DNA of 64,000 bases from IMG/VR virus record IMGVR_UViG_3300034152_001291, positions 1 to 64,000 of that record; one strand, written 5' to 3'. The notes under the pieces were generated by a model. The model was not told where the DNA came from. It searched no databases and saw nothing but the letters and a program-made list of their open reading frames with translations. A program made the translations under genes and the position numbers. The DNA comes from a virus. Within the stretch, counting starts at the first letter, position 1. Each line of letters starts with the position of its first letter. Of this stretch, positions 34,060 to 42,790 are shown one piece after another.

Positions 34060-35937
34060 TTGTCCACCGCCGATATTCGAGGACAGGTGAGCGATCGCGC
34101 CTACCCGGCGCCGAACTACCGTAGACTCGGTCTGGACATCTACCCGAGTCCGTATTTCGACCCTTCCAGCTGGTACATGCCCCCGACCATCAAGGAGCTG
34201 TTCCGCTGGTGCCTGTTCTTCTACCTGACCAACTCCACGATCGGTCCGATCATCCGGAAGAAGGCCTCCTACCTGATCACGGACCTGATCTACAGCACCA
34301 TGTCCTCGCGGACGAAGGACATCTGGAAGAACCTTCTCGAGAAGAGCCTCAAGATCAAGGAGTTCGAGTTCATCCTGATGATCGACTTCGAGGTGTTCGG
34401 GAACGCCTACGCCTCGATCATCTACCCCTTCGACCGCTTCCTGGTCTGCAAGAGCTGCGGCTTCGAGAACCTCATCGGGTCTTCCAAGTGGGAATACGAC
34501 GGGGCCAACTTCATCGTCAAGTGCAAGGAGTGCCACACGAAGCAGACGGCGAAGGTCAAGGACGTCCCCGTCAGGAACCGGAACCGGGTCCGCCTCCACA
34601 GGTGGTTCCCGATGTACATCGATCCCAAGAAAAACCCGATCACGGGGAAGACCCGGTACATCTACCGGATTCCGGGCTGGATCAAGAACAAGGTCAAGGA
34701 CCAGAAGATCAACAAGATCTACGTGGAGGACACGCCGCTCGAATTCCTCGAGGCGATCAAGAAGAACCAGGTGATCGAGCTGGACCCCGACAACCTCTAC
34801 CACTTCAAGCACGAGTCCGTCTCCATGGACGACGACTCGCTGGGGATTCCGCAGCTCCTCAACGTCATGAAGGACGCCTGGCTCTACTCCACCTACAACA
34901 AGTCCCAGGAGGCGGTGGCACTCGAGCACGTCCTTCCCCTCGACCTCATCTCGCCGGCGCCGGCGGCGGGGGCTCCCGCTCCGCACATGAGCACGGACCT
35001 CGGGACGTGGCGGGGCAGGATACAGAACATCATTTCCAACTGGCGCCGCGACCCCAACGCCCTGTTTCCCGTTCCCTTCCCGGTACAGGTGTCCCGTGTT
35101 CGCGGCGACGCGCAGGCCCTGACGCTTCACAACGACCTCCAGATGGTCCGGCAGCAGATCGCCGGCGGCCTCGACGTCCCTCCGGACTTCGTCTACGGGA
35201 ACATGACCTGGAGCGGAGGAAACGTCACGCTTCGGGTCCTCGAGAACCTCCTGATCAACCGCCTGTCCCGTCTCGAGTTCTTCGTTTCGGAATGGGTCGT
35301 TCCGCGGATGCGGAGATTCTTCCTTCTCCCTGCATGCGAGATCCGCCACCAGGAATTCAAGATGGCGGACGACGTGCAGCAGAAGCGGATCGCCATGGAG
35401 CTGCGCGCGACGAATACCGTGTCCGACAAGACCGTCCTCGAGGAGCTCGGCTTCGACCCGCACAAGGAGGAGGTCCGGAAGAACAAGGAGATGGAGCAGC
35501 GCCTGGCCGACATGAGGAAGCAGCAGATCGCCCAGGCCGAGATCGAGGCCGAGGTCAACATCATCCGGGCGAAGGCGGAGGCCGAGATCAGGAAGGTTCA
35601 GCAGGAGAGCATGGGGCAGCCCGGAATGGAGGGGCAGATGCCCGCGGAGCAGATTCCCACGGAGGTGCAGCCCGCGCAGGCTCCCGCGCCTCAGGCGCCT
35701 GCGCGTCCTCAAGCGCCCCCGCCGGAGGTTCTTGAAGCTCAGGTCATGAACTTCATGAAAAGCGTGCCTCCGGAGCAGCAGGAGTACCAGCTGAACGTGC
35801 TTGCCCAGCAAGATCCCATGTTGGCGAGGGCGATCCGCAGTCACCTGCTCCGGATTCAGAAGGGAAACCGGGAAGCATTTCGACCTCTTCCGGAACAGAA
35901 GCCCCCGGCAAGAGGGCCCGAGACGGCTCTTGTATAA
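34060..35937 (+). CDS. probable portal protein with zinc-ribbon insertion
   Basis: D..VFGNAY, LYHFK...GIP, QIAGGLDVPPDFVYG...WSG, C-terminal coiled coil; size and context fit a portal. Confidence 0.6.
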   Translation: MSTADIRGQVSDRAYPAPNYRRLGLDIYPSPYFDPSSWYMPPTIKELFRWCLFFYLTNSTIGPIIRKKASYLITDLIYSTMSSRTKDIWKNLLEKSLKIKEFEFILMIDFEVFGNAYASIIYPFDRFLVCKSCGFENLIGSSKWEYDGANFIVKCKECHTKQTAKVKDVPVRNRNRVRLHRWFPMYIDPKKNPITGKTRYIYRIPGWIKNKVKDQKINKIYVEDTPLEFLEAIKKNQVIELDPDNLYHFKHESVSMDDDSLGIPQLLNVMKDAWLYSTYNKSQEAVALEHVLPLDLISPAPAAGAPAPHMSTDLGTWRGRIQNIISNWRRDPNALFPVPFPVQVSRVRGDAQALTLHNDLQMVRQQIAGGLDVPPDFVYGNMTWSGGNVTLRVLENLLINRLSRLEFFVSEWVVPRMRRFFLLPACEIRHQEFKMADDVQQKRIAMELRATNTVSDKTVLEELGFDPHKEEVRKNKEMEQRLADMRKQQIAQAEIEAEVNIIRAKAEAEIRKVQQESMGQPGMEGQMPAEQIPTEVQPAQAPAPQAPARPQAPPPEVLEAQVMNFMKSVPPEQQEYQLNVLAQQDPMLARAIRSHLLRIQKGNREAFRPLPEQKPPARGPETALV

Positions 35938-35949
35938 AGGAGAAGCACG

Positions 35950-36078
35950 ATGGGATTCGAGGAGACTTTCGTCCTGAGCCGCGGAACCGTCGTAGGCACC
36001 CGGGGCCTCAAAGGGGCCCTGAAGGGGGCACTCTATGGCGGGGCCGGGGGATTCCTTCTCCGGAAGAAGAGAGACTGA
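35950..36078 (+). CDS. 42-aa Gly-rich peptide (MGFEETF...GALYGGAGGFLLRKKRD)
   Basis: AAAGGAG RBS; read by hand. Confidence 0.45.
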   Translation: MGFEETFVLSRGTVVGTRGLKGALKGALYGGAGGFLLRKKRD

Positions 36079-36084
36079 CGAGCG

Positions 36085-36822
36085 ATGCCGAAACCCACAA
36101 CGGAAAATTTCGACATCCCGAAAGAGATCTTCGGGACGGGAATCGCCGACGCCGAGACCTACAACGACGCTATGGACCGGATCGATGACATCCTTCTCCG
36201 TGGCAAAAATTGGAAGGAGCCCGTCGCGACAATCCTGGATCTCCCTTTATCAGGCAACGATGACGGTGACACTCGCGTGGTCCTGGCCGACGCCGAGATC
36301 TACGTCTGGGTGACCGCCCTCGGCGGCTGGCAATCCTCGACGGTGGGCGGCGATTCGCACTGGAAAGCTCCCGTTACGTCTCCGCTGGCTCTGCCCACCA
36401 CCGGCAACAGCCCTGGCGATGTCCGGGTGGTTCTGAGCGATCTAGCGGCCTACGTCTGGAGCGGTACGGGTTGGCAGTACCTGGTGGCCCTGGACAAGAC
36501 CCACGAGACCTACCCGTTCGCCCGGGCCGCGATTCTGACGAACGGCTTCACCAATGTGGTGGACGCGGTGCCGTCCAACTTGATCGGGTACCCCCAGCGG
36601 ACCAACGGCCTGCTCATTGCCGTGACGGCGGCCTTCTTCCTCCCATCCACCTGCACGGTGAGGATCTGGAACAAGGGCGTGGCCGTGTTGGATTCCCTGA
36701 ACGTGGTGAACACCACCTTCGCCACGAAGGTCAGCAGCGTGGCCATCACGCAGGGAATGGAGTTGTCCTGCGACGTGGTGGGGACGGCGAACGGAATCGT
36801 GGCAACGGCGATCGTGGAGTGA
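36085..36822 (+). CDS. putative fibre/decoration protein
   Basis: Two WK.PV....LP..GN..GD.RVVL repeats. Confidence 0.7.
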   Translation: MPKPTTENFDIPKEIFGTGIADAETYNDAMDRIDDILLRGKNWKEPVATILDLPLSGNDDGDTRVVLADAEIYVWVTALGGWQSSTVGGDSHWKAPVTSPLALPTTGNSPGDVRVVLSDLAAYVWSGTGWQYLVALDKTHETYPFARAAILTNGFTNVVDAVPSNLIGYPQRTNGLLIAVTAAFFLPSTCTVRIWNKGVAVLDSLNVVNTTFATKVSSVAITQGMELSCDVVGTANGIVATAIVE

Positions 36823-36826
36823 TCCA

Positions 36827-38176
36827 ATGGCGCGATCTGTCATCTTCGTGAACAACAGCGGCACCGACTGGGATCTTCCCGGTCTCGGGGGCCGTATCGT
36901 CCCGGCCGCCGGCACTCTCGACGTCACCAACGAGATCACCGACGACGAATTGATCGCCGCGCTCCAGAACCCGCTCGCCGGGATCGTGTTCGCGGCCGAT
37001 CGCTTCCTGCGCGTCAACGGCGTGGACTGGACACAGGCGCAGTCCGAGAACTACGGGAACCAGGCCGACCCTACGGCCACTCCGGCGGCGAACCACGCGC
37101 TGGGGGGCACTCAGCACGAGACCGACACGCTTGCCAACCTCAACGCCAAGATCAGCGACGACGATGTCCAAGGCACCTCTCAGAAAGGAGCGGCGAACGG
37201 TTACGCTTCTCTGGGTGCAGCCGCGGAGGTTCCTAACATCGAACTTCCGGGCCACCCTGACTTCCACGAGGCCGGAGGAAAGGGCGAGATCAGCATCTCT
37301 GGATTGGCGGGCGTGGCTGGAGATCCGCAGGTTCCTCAGGCCCACGCCCCCAATCATGAAGGTGGATCCGACCCCATCTCTCCCGCAGGAATAGGAGCCG
37401 AGTCGGCGTTCTCCAAGAATACGGCCTTCAACAAGAACTTCGGGTCAGGCGCGGGAACGGTGTGTGAAGGGGATGACGCCCGGCTTTCCGACGCTCGCGA
37501 TCCCACGGCTCACCCGCTCGCTTCCGGTGCGGGGCCGCACACGGGCGATCTCCCCTGGAGCGAACTCAACAAGACTGGCTCCAGCCTCGCCGATCTCGCC
37601 ACCCGAGCGCACGCGAACCTCACGGGGGTCGGCGCGGACGATCACCACAACCGGCAGCACGCCCTGGACAGCGGCTCGGATCACACAGGCGCGATTACGG
37701 ATGCCCAGCATGGCTCTCGTGGCGGGAGCGCCCTTCACTCCGCCGCCACTCCGAGCGTCAACGGGTTCATGTCCTCGGCGGACAAGACGAAACTGGACGC
37801 TTTTGGGACGCCCCAGCAGGCCAGCGCCACGAGCAATGCTACCACGTCCAGCGGCGGGGACGTGCTGATGGCCGGGATGACCCTGACGCCCGGCGCGGGC
37901 AACTACATCGTCAACTTCAGCACGTCGCTGAACATCAATGCCAGCAACCAGACCGGGTTCATCTCGGTGTATGTCAACGGCGTTCAGGTGACCCACACGG
38001 AGCGTAGATATGCCAGCCCGGGTTTCGTCGGAGCCCAGCTGATCATCCCGATCTCCGTCTGCGCCTACATCACCGGAGTCGGCGCGGGACAGGCCGTGGA
38101 GATTCGGTGGCGCAGCACCGGCGGCGCGACTCTCACGGTGCCCCAGAGGACCCTCGTTCTTCAGAAGGTGATGTAA
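36827..38176 (+). CDS. tail fibre-like protein
   Basis: KGAANGYASL, GTVCEGDDARLSDAR, GFMSSADKTKLD and His-rich repeats typical of phage fibres. Confidence 0.75.
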   Translation: MARSVIFVNNSGTDWDLPGLGGRIVPAAGTLDVTNEITDDELIAALQNPLAGIVFAADRFLRVNGVDWTQAQSENYGNQADPTATPAANHALGGTQHETDTLANLNAKISDDDVQGTSQKGAANGYASLGAAAEVPNIELPGHPDFHEAGGKGEISISGLAGVAGDPQVPQAHAPNHEGGSDPISPAGIGAESAFSKNTAFNKNFGSGAGTVCEGDDARLSDARDPTAHPLASGAGPHTGDLPWSELNKTGSSLADLATRAHANLTGVGADDHHNRQHALDSGSDHTGAITDAQHGSRGGSALHSAATPSVNGFMSSADKTKLDAFGTPQQASATSNATTSSGGDVLMAGMTLTPGAGNYIVNFSTSLNINASNQTGFISVYVNGVQVTHTERRYASPGFVGAQLIIPISVCAYITGVGAGQAVEIRWRSTGGATLTVPQRTLVLQKVM

Positions 38177-39102
38177 TGACCCTGACCAAGTATGAATACG
38201 CGTACTCGGCCTTCACGGGGCTCACTCCCCCGCACACGAAGCCGAATTCTGGCCGCTTGAAGGACGACATCCGGAAGAGCACGATCGTCACGGCCGAAGA
38301 CTACATCGACACCGATGACGGCACCCAGGCCTGCGACATTTGGTTCAAGGACGCTTTGAGCCAGGATGACCAGACTACGCTGGACGCGGTCGTGGCGGCC
38401 CACAGTGGGATCCCGATGACTCCGGCGCTTCCTGTTCAGCCGGTCAAGGAGATCGACGTTGCCGATCTCGACTCCAACTACGCCAGGACCAAGGTGCAGG
38501 GCGTCAATTTTAGCGCCGATCCCGGGATGTGGACCAAGAAGGTCGAGTCTTGGCCTTATTCCGTCGACATCCTGAACGGGGAGGGATACGCCGGATTTGC
38601 TGATGACGGCGACAAGTCTGCCTTCCGGATTGTGCCCACGTTGGTAGGCGTGGCGGTGGCCCCGGCTTCGCAGGACGCCACACAGATCGTGGTCGACGAT
38701 GGGATCAAGGCTCTGTTTGTCAACAAGACGATCTTTCCGGGCATGTACCTCAAGTTCGAGCGCGGCGGAGACCCCCAGGATCCTCAGGGTCCCGATAATC
38801 CAGATCCGGAGACCGACGAATACGAGATCGTGTCTTTCGATCCCGATACGAACACCGTGACGCTGGGAACCGGGCTGTCGACCGGAATCAGCGCGATGGA
38901 TCTCGTCTACCTGGTGATCTACTACGGGGAGTCGATCGAGCTCCAGCAGGGGGAGAACGTGGATGTCGGGGGGAGGGCCGCCGGTGCCGCTCCGGTTCCT
39001 GCCGATACCGAATTCGAGATCTGGTACTACAACGTCGGAGCGTCACAGAAGAGGGCTCGGCTGCGGCTGAACTACAAGTACGGGCCTTTGAAGGAGGAGT
39101 AG
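38176..39102 (+). CDS. putative structural protein
   Basis: Start MTLTKY overlaps upstream stop; LDAVVAAH.G.P. Confidence 0.7.
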   Translation: MTLTKYEYAYSAFTGLTPPHTKPNSGRLKDDIRKSTIVTAEDYIDTDDGTQACDIWFKDALSQDDQTTLDAVVAAHSGIPMTPALPVQPVKEIDVADLDSNYARTKVQGVNFSADPGMWTKKVESWPYSVDILNGEGYAGFADDGDKSAFRIVPTLVGVAVAPASQDATQIVVDDGIKALFVNKTIFPGMYLKFERGGDPQDPQGPDNPDPETDEYEIVSFDPDTNTVTLGTGLSTGISAMDLVYLVIYYGESIELQQGENVDVGGRAAGAAPVPADTEFEIWYYNVGASQKRARLRLNYKYGPLKEE

Positions 39103-39104
39103 GT

Positions 39105-40160
39105 ATGGGAATCAGTGATCGAGTCAGATTCCCGCAGGCCTTCCCTACGGGTCTGGTCGTGGGGGACGAGTTTTCCGAATTTTCCGAGTCTCTGCTGAGA
39201 TTTCTCAGTCTTTTCGTGAACATGGGCGCATACGTCGTGCACCCTTCGGGGGAGGGGGGTTCGATCGAGACGTTCGCCAAGGTGATGGCCCAGGCTCGAG
39301 AGGTGCCTGAGGGCTGGCCGGTCATCATCAACCTCGTTCCCAACACTGAGTACACCGAAGACCTGGTGGTCCCCCAAGAACTCGCCGAGACTCACGACTT
39401 CTACGTGATGAATCCCTTCGAGGATTACACGGAGTCCGAGCACACCATCAACTTCACCGGCGATATCATCCTTCCCGAGATCCATACCTGGCCGACGCGC
39501 CGCAAGATGTTCAACCTTTTCGGGATTCAGACCCAGAACATCGAGTTCCAGACCGACAGCGGGTGGGACTGCAATGTGCGCCGCGGTCAGCACAGCAATA
39601 TGACGGTCAAGCGCCGCCACCAGGCCGAGGGCTCCAAGATGTGGTTCCACGACTGCATCCTCGACGGGAACTTCACAATGGAGGATCTCGACAACGGGAC
39701 AGCCGGCTCCCACCTCTACATCAGCCACTGCTCGATGATCAATTCGGACAATCCCGAGGCTGCATTCAAACTCCGTGGGAGCTACACCTTCCAGATCATC
39801 GAGAGCTACGTCCAGTGGTTCTTCAGTACCGGAGGCGGGCTGTTCAATTTCAACAGTGGGGCTTTTTTCACCGGCTACGTCAAGCTCACCGGCAACAGCT
39901 TCATCTGCTGGATGTCGGGATCTCCTCTTCTGTTCCGGAACGGGATCAACACCAACATCGAATGGGAAGGCAACAACACCATCCAAAAGAGATCCGGCGG
40001 TGCGTCCTCCTTCGATTTTGGTGCCGTACAGAAGAACACCGGATGGCCCGATTGCCGTCTTGAAGGAATCCTTCCCACGAACCCTCCGAATGGTTGCCGA
40101 GCTTCGGACGACAAGAGCGACTACAAGGACAAGGTCTGGAACGGCACCGCTTGGGGATAG
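39105..40160 (+). CDS. putative beta-rich fibre/spike-associated protein
   Basis: AGGAGG RBS; Asn/Gly/Phe-rich C-terminal half. Confidence 0.65.
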   Translation: MGISDRVRFPQAFPTGLVVGDEFSEFSESLLRFLSLFVNMGAYVVHPSGEGGSIETFAKVMAQAREVPEGWPVIINLVPNTEYTEDLVVPQELAETHDFYVMNPFEDYTESEHTINFTGDIILPEIHTWPTRRKMFNLFGIQTQNIEFQTDSGWDCNVRRGQHSNMTVKRRHQAEGSKMWFHDCILDGNFTMEDLDNGTAGSHLYISHCSMINSDNPEAAFKLRGSYTFQIIESYVQWFFSTGGGLFNFNSGAFFTGYVKLTGNSFICWMSGSPLLFRNGINTNIEWEGNNTIQKRSGGASSFDFGAVQKNTGWPDCRLEGILPTNPPNGCRASDDKSDYKDKVWNGTAWG

Positions 40161-40169
40161 GAGGCCGAG

Positions 40170-40358
40170 ATGCTCACGTACAGGTACCAGGATTTCTGGG
40201 ATGCCGTGGACGGCGGCGTCCTCACGGGCGGCGAGCCTGACGATCTCAAGACCGCGGCCGAGAACGGTACGGTAGCAGTGCTGCTTGCTGACTGGGCCCA
40301 AAACCATGCGGATGAGGATTTCAGGGCCGTCTGCGAGGCCACTCTGGGTCTGTTGTAG
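40170..40358 (+). CDS. small hypothetical protein
   Basis: GGAGG RBS. Confidence 0.55.
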   Translation: MLTYRYQDFWDAVDGGVLTGGEPDDLKTAAENGTVAVLLADWAQNHADEDFRAVCEATLGLL

Positions 40359-40492
40359 GAGCAATGTTGCGGGAGGCCGAACAATGGAATCCGAAGAGCT
40401 GCCGATCGAGAAAATCAGGGAGGACTGTCCGAGCGCGGCGGCCAGTCTGGAGATTGCGAACTCCATTATTCTCAAACTGGAGGAGTTTCTCG

Positions 40493-41047
40493 ATGGCGGG
40501 AGAAACGGACGCAATGTGGGAGGGGTTCGAGCGTCGACTGGCACGGATCGAGCAGCTCGTGACCCAATTACTGGACCGTTTGAGTTCGACTCAAGCAAAC
40601 GTGTCCTCCGTCGAGCGGACCGTCACTGCGGTCCAGAAGGATCTGGTTGACCTTCGGGCCAGGATTCCGAGGGAATGCGAGGACCACAGAAGGAAAGTCA
40701 TCGAGGACATTCACGGGCAGATGGTTTCGTTGGAAAAGAGGATTCTCAGGGAGGTCGAGGACGTCGAGGAAAATTTGTCCGTCACCAAGGACGGGTTGAA
40801 CGGAAAAATGGAGAGAGAAGTCGGAAAAACCGTCGGGTACAAGGTCAGCGGCATCGAGTCGAGGATGAACAACCTGGCGGATGCTTTCGGGAATCTCGTG
40901 ACCAGGATCAAGTATCTCGAGGAGAATCCCCGCATTCCGGTGAAAGAAGAGAAGAAGATCGAGGTGGTTTCTCTTCTTTCTCTCCTGGTGTCCGTGGGAG
41001 TGGCCGTGGCCGCAATCATCTTCGGGATTCTGAACTCGACAGGATGA
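40493..41047 (+). CDS. coiled-coil protein with C-terminal transmembrane helix (holin/XhlA-like architecture)
   Basis: GGAGG RBS; heptads; C-terminal VVSLLSLLVSVGVAVAAIIFGIL. Confidence 0.6.
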   Translation: MAGETDAMWEGFERRLARIEQLVTQLLDRLSSTQANVSSVERTVTAVQKDLVDLRARIPRECEDHRRKVIEDIHGQMVSLEKRILREVEDVEENLSVTKDGLNGKMEREVGKTVGYKVSGIESRMNNLADAFGNLVTRIKYLEENPRIPVKEEKKIEVVSLLSLLVSVGVAVAAIIFGILNSTG

Positions 41048-41051
41048 GAGC

Positions 41052-41285
41052 ATGAATGCCATCGAGCGAGCCTTCCGGGGAGAATTGGCCAAGATCGCCA
41101 AGATGGAGATCGAGGACCTTCGTCCTCCGATTGTGAAGTCCCGCCCCAAGGACCAGGATATCAAACCTCCCAAGAGGAAGGGCCCCGTCGCTCTGATCAT
41201 GGGCCCGAAAGGAGGATCAGAGGCGACGAAGAGCATGGGCAAGGCGATGGCGGCGATGGGCAAGCGCCCGGTGAGGTTCGTATGA
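41052..41285 (+). CDS. small basic protein with AFRGELAKIA leader
   Basis: ORF track; shared leader. Confidence 0.7.
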   Translation: MNAIERAFRGELAKIAKMEIEDLRPPIVKSRPKDQDIKPPKRKGPVALIMGPKGGSEATKSMGKAMAAMGKRPVRFV

Positions 41286-41437
41286 CGGCGCTGGAGAGAG
41301 CGTTCCGGGAAGAGATGGCCAAGATCGCCCGGAAAGAGATTCCGAAGAACAGGGGGGCCGTGAAGACCGACGATGTTCCGGCCAAGACTAAGAAGGGTTT
41401 CGACTTCCTGTACGTCCATAGGAAGACTCGAGAATGA
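41282..41437 (+). CDS. 51-aa basic protein with AFREEMAKIA leader
   Basis: ATGA overlaps at both ends; MTALERAFREEMAKIARK...; not in ORF track. Confidence 0.7.
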   Translation: MTALERAFREEMAKIARKEIPKNRGAVKTDDVPAKTKKGFDFLYVHRKTRE

Positions 41438-42063
41438 ACAAGATCCACTTCGTCTTCACGAGAAACGACGAGTCCTTCGTGAGCCGGGCCATCATGTGGT
41501 TCGAGCAGCGGCGGACCGATAAGGAGCGGCGGACGTCTCACGGCCTGATGAAGTTCTGGCCCGGGGGTCCTGTGTTTTCGGCCCTCCCCGTGTCCTTCGA
41601 GGCCGCGGAGCGCGGAGTCTGGATGGATCTCTACCACAAGTCGATCGGCAAGCAGACGATCGTGGCCGAGTTCGAGCTTCTCCTCGACGACGACTATTCC
41701 CTCTGGGCGGTCCAGGAGTCGCTGCGCCGCTACTCGGACTGGTACTACGACTTCGAGGGCGTGGCGCAGAATGCGGTCTGGATCCTCATGAAGAAGTGGT
41801 TCGGCACGATTCTGAGGTGGACCAAGTTCGTGTGGAAGTTCGAGACGGACGAGAAGTCGCTCTTCTGCACGGGCCTTCTCTACGAAATCGCGAAGCTGGC
41901 CGAGACCGCTTCTCCCGATCCGGGATGGGTCGGCCCCATCGAGAGCGCTCGAGAAGCCACGCCCCGAAAACTCATCGATGTTTGCTACGCGAACCCCAAC
42001 GTGTATAAATTGATAAGGGAGAATGTGGCTCCCGGTTCACCGGAACACCCGTCGACGAAGTAG
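41434..42063 (+). CDS. permuted papain-like NlpC/P60 (YiiX-like) enzyme
   Basis: FVSRAIMW...SHG...FEA...YDF...LFCTGL, His before Cys. Confidence 0.65.
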   Translation: MNKIHFVFTRNDESFVSRAIMWFEQRRTDKERRTSHGLMKFWPGGPVFSALPVSFEAAERGVWMDLYHKSIGKQTIVAEFELLLDDDYSLWAVQESLRRYSDWYYDFEGVAQNAVWILMKKWFGTILRWTKFVWKFETDEKSLFCTGLLYEIAKLAETASPDPGWVGPIESAREATPRKLIDVCYANPNVYKLIRENVAPGSPEHPSTK

Positions 42064-42068
42064 CAGCC

Positions 42069-42521
42069 ATGAAGAACAACCGAAGCTTGGTGAGTTCCGC
42101 CGAGACCCAGACGCTTCTCAGAAATCTCGGGGAGCCCGCCCTCATCGCGGGTAGGATCGATCCCCTCGAGGAAGAAGGGCAGGCTACGATCGTCGAGCTG
42201 GTCCCCTCCATTCCCGAGCACAGGGCGGCGTACGAGGAGATCCACAACAACCCGGACAAGTTCGAGGTCGTGCATGAGACGGACTTCGGAGGGCGGGGCA
42301 AGTGCCACGTGCTGGTGAGATTCGTGAGGAAGGGTCCATGGGACATCAATCTTCCTTCGCCTTCCGGGGATTCGCCGAAGAGATCCAGAAGATCGCCGAC
42401 TGGAGGGAAGAAGTCCTCGGTGATGGGGTTCGGAGCGACGCCCAAGAAGTCCTCCCCGAAGAAGGAGGCGCCCAAGAAAAAATCGCCCGCAAAAAGAAAA
42501 AGGAAGAAGACGGGGCGCTGA
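42069..42521 (+). CDS. hypothetical protein; basic tail overlaps next gene
   Basis: ORF track. Confidence 0.5.
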   Translation: MKNNRSLVSSAETQTLLRNLGEPALIAGRIDPLEEEGQATIVELVPSIPEHRAAYEEIHNNPDKFEVVHETDFGGRGKCHVLVRFVRKGPWDINLPSPSGDSPKRSRRSPTGGKKSSVMGFGATPKKSSPKKEAPKKKSPAKRKRKKTGR

Positions 42522-42790
42522 CGCTCGGCGCGGCGGGCGCCGGGCTGGGGATCGGCGGGGGGCTTGCCTCCCATCTCAGGAAGTACCGGGCTCAGAAGAA
42601 GGAGTGGCTCGCAGGACGGGCCAGTCCTCCCATCCACCCCAAGAGCGTCAAGGTCTGGGATTACCTCAGGCGTCCTTCCATGATCACGCCGAGCCTGGCC
42701 CGTCGCATCATGGGCGGGGCCGCCGCCGGGGCCGGGACCGCTCTCGCCTTGAATGAGATCCTCAAGCGTCTAAAGAAGCGCAAGAAATGA
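42338..42790 (+). CDS. putative virion protein with GFAEEIQKIA leader and two glycine-zipper segments
   Basis: GAGG RBS; LGAAGAGLGIGGGLA, GGAAAGAGTALA; stop overlaps the RNAP start. Confidence 0.7.
   Translation: MGHQSSFAFRGFAEEIQKIADWREEVLGDGVRSDAQEVLPEEGGAQEKIARKKKKEEDGALTLGAAGAGLGIGGGLASHLRKYRAQKKEWLAGRASPPIHPKSVKVWDYLRRPSMITPSLARRIMGGAAAGAGTALALNEILKRLKKRKK

Noticed and set aside
36085-40160. Diversity-generating retroelement or invertible fibre cassette
   Set aside because: No reverse transcriptase, recombinase or TR/VR repeat pair noticed
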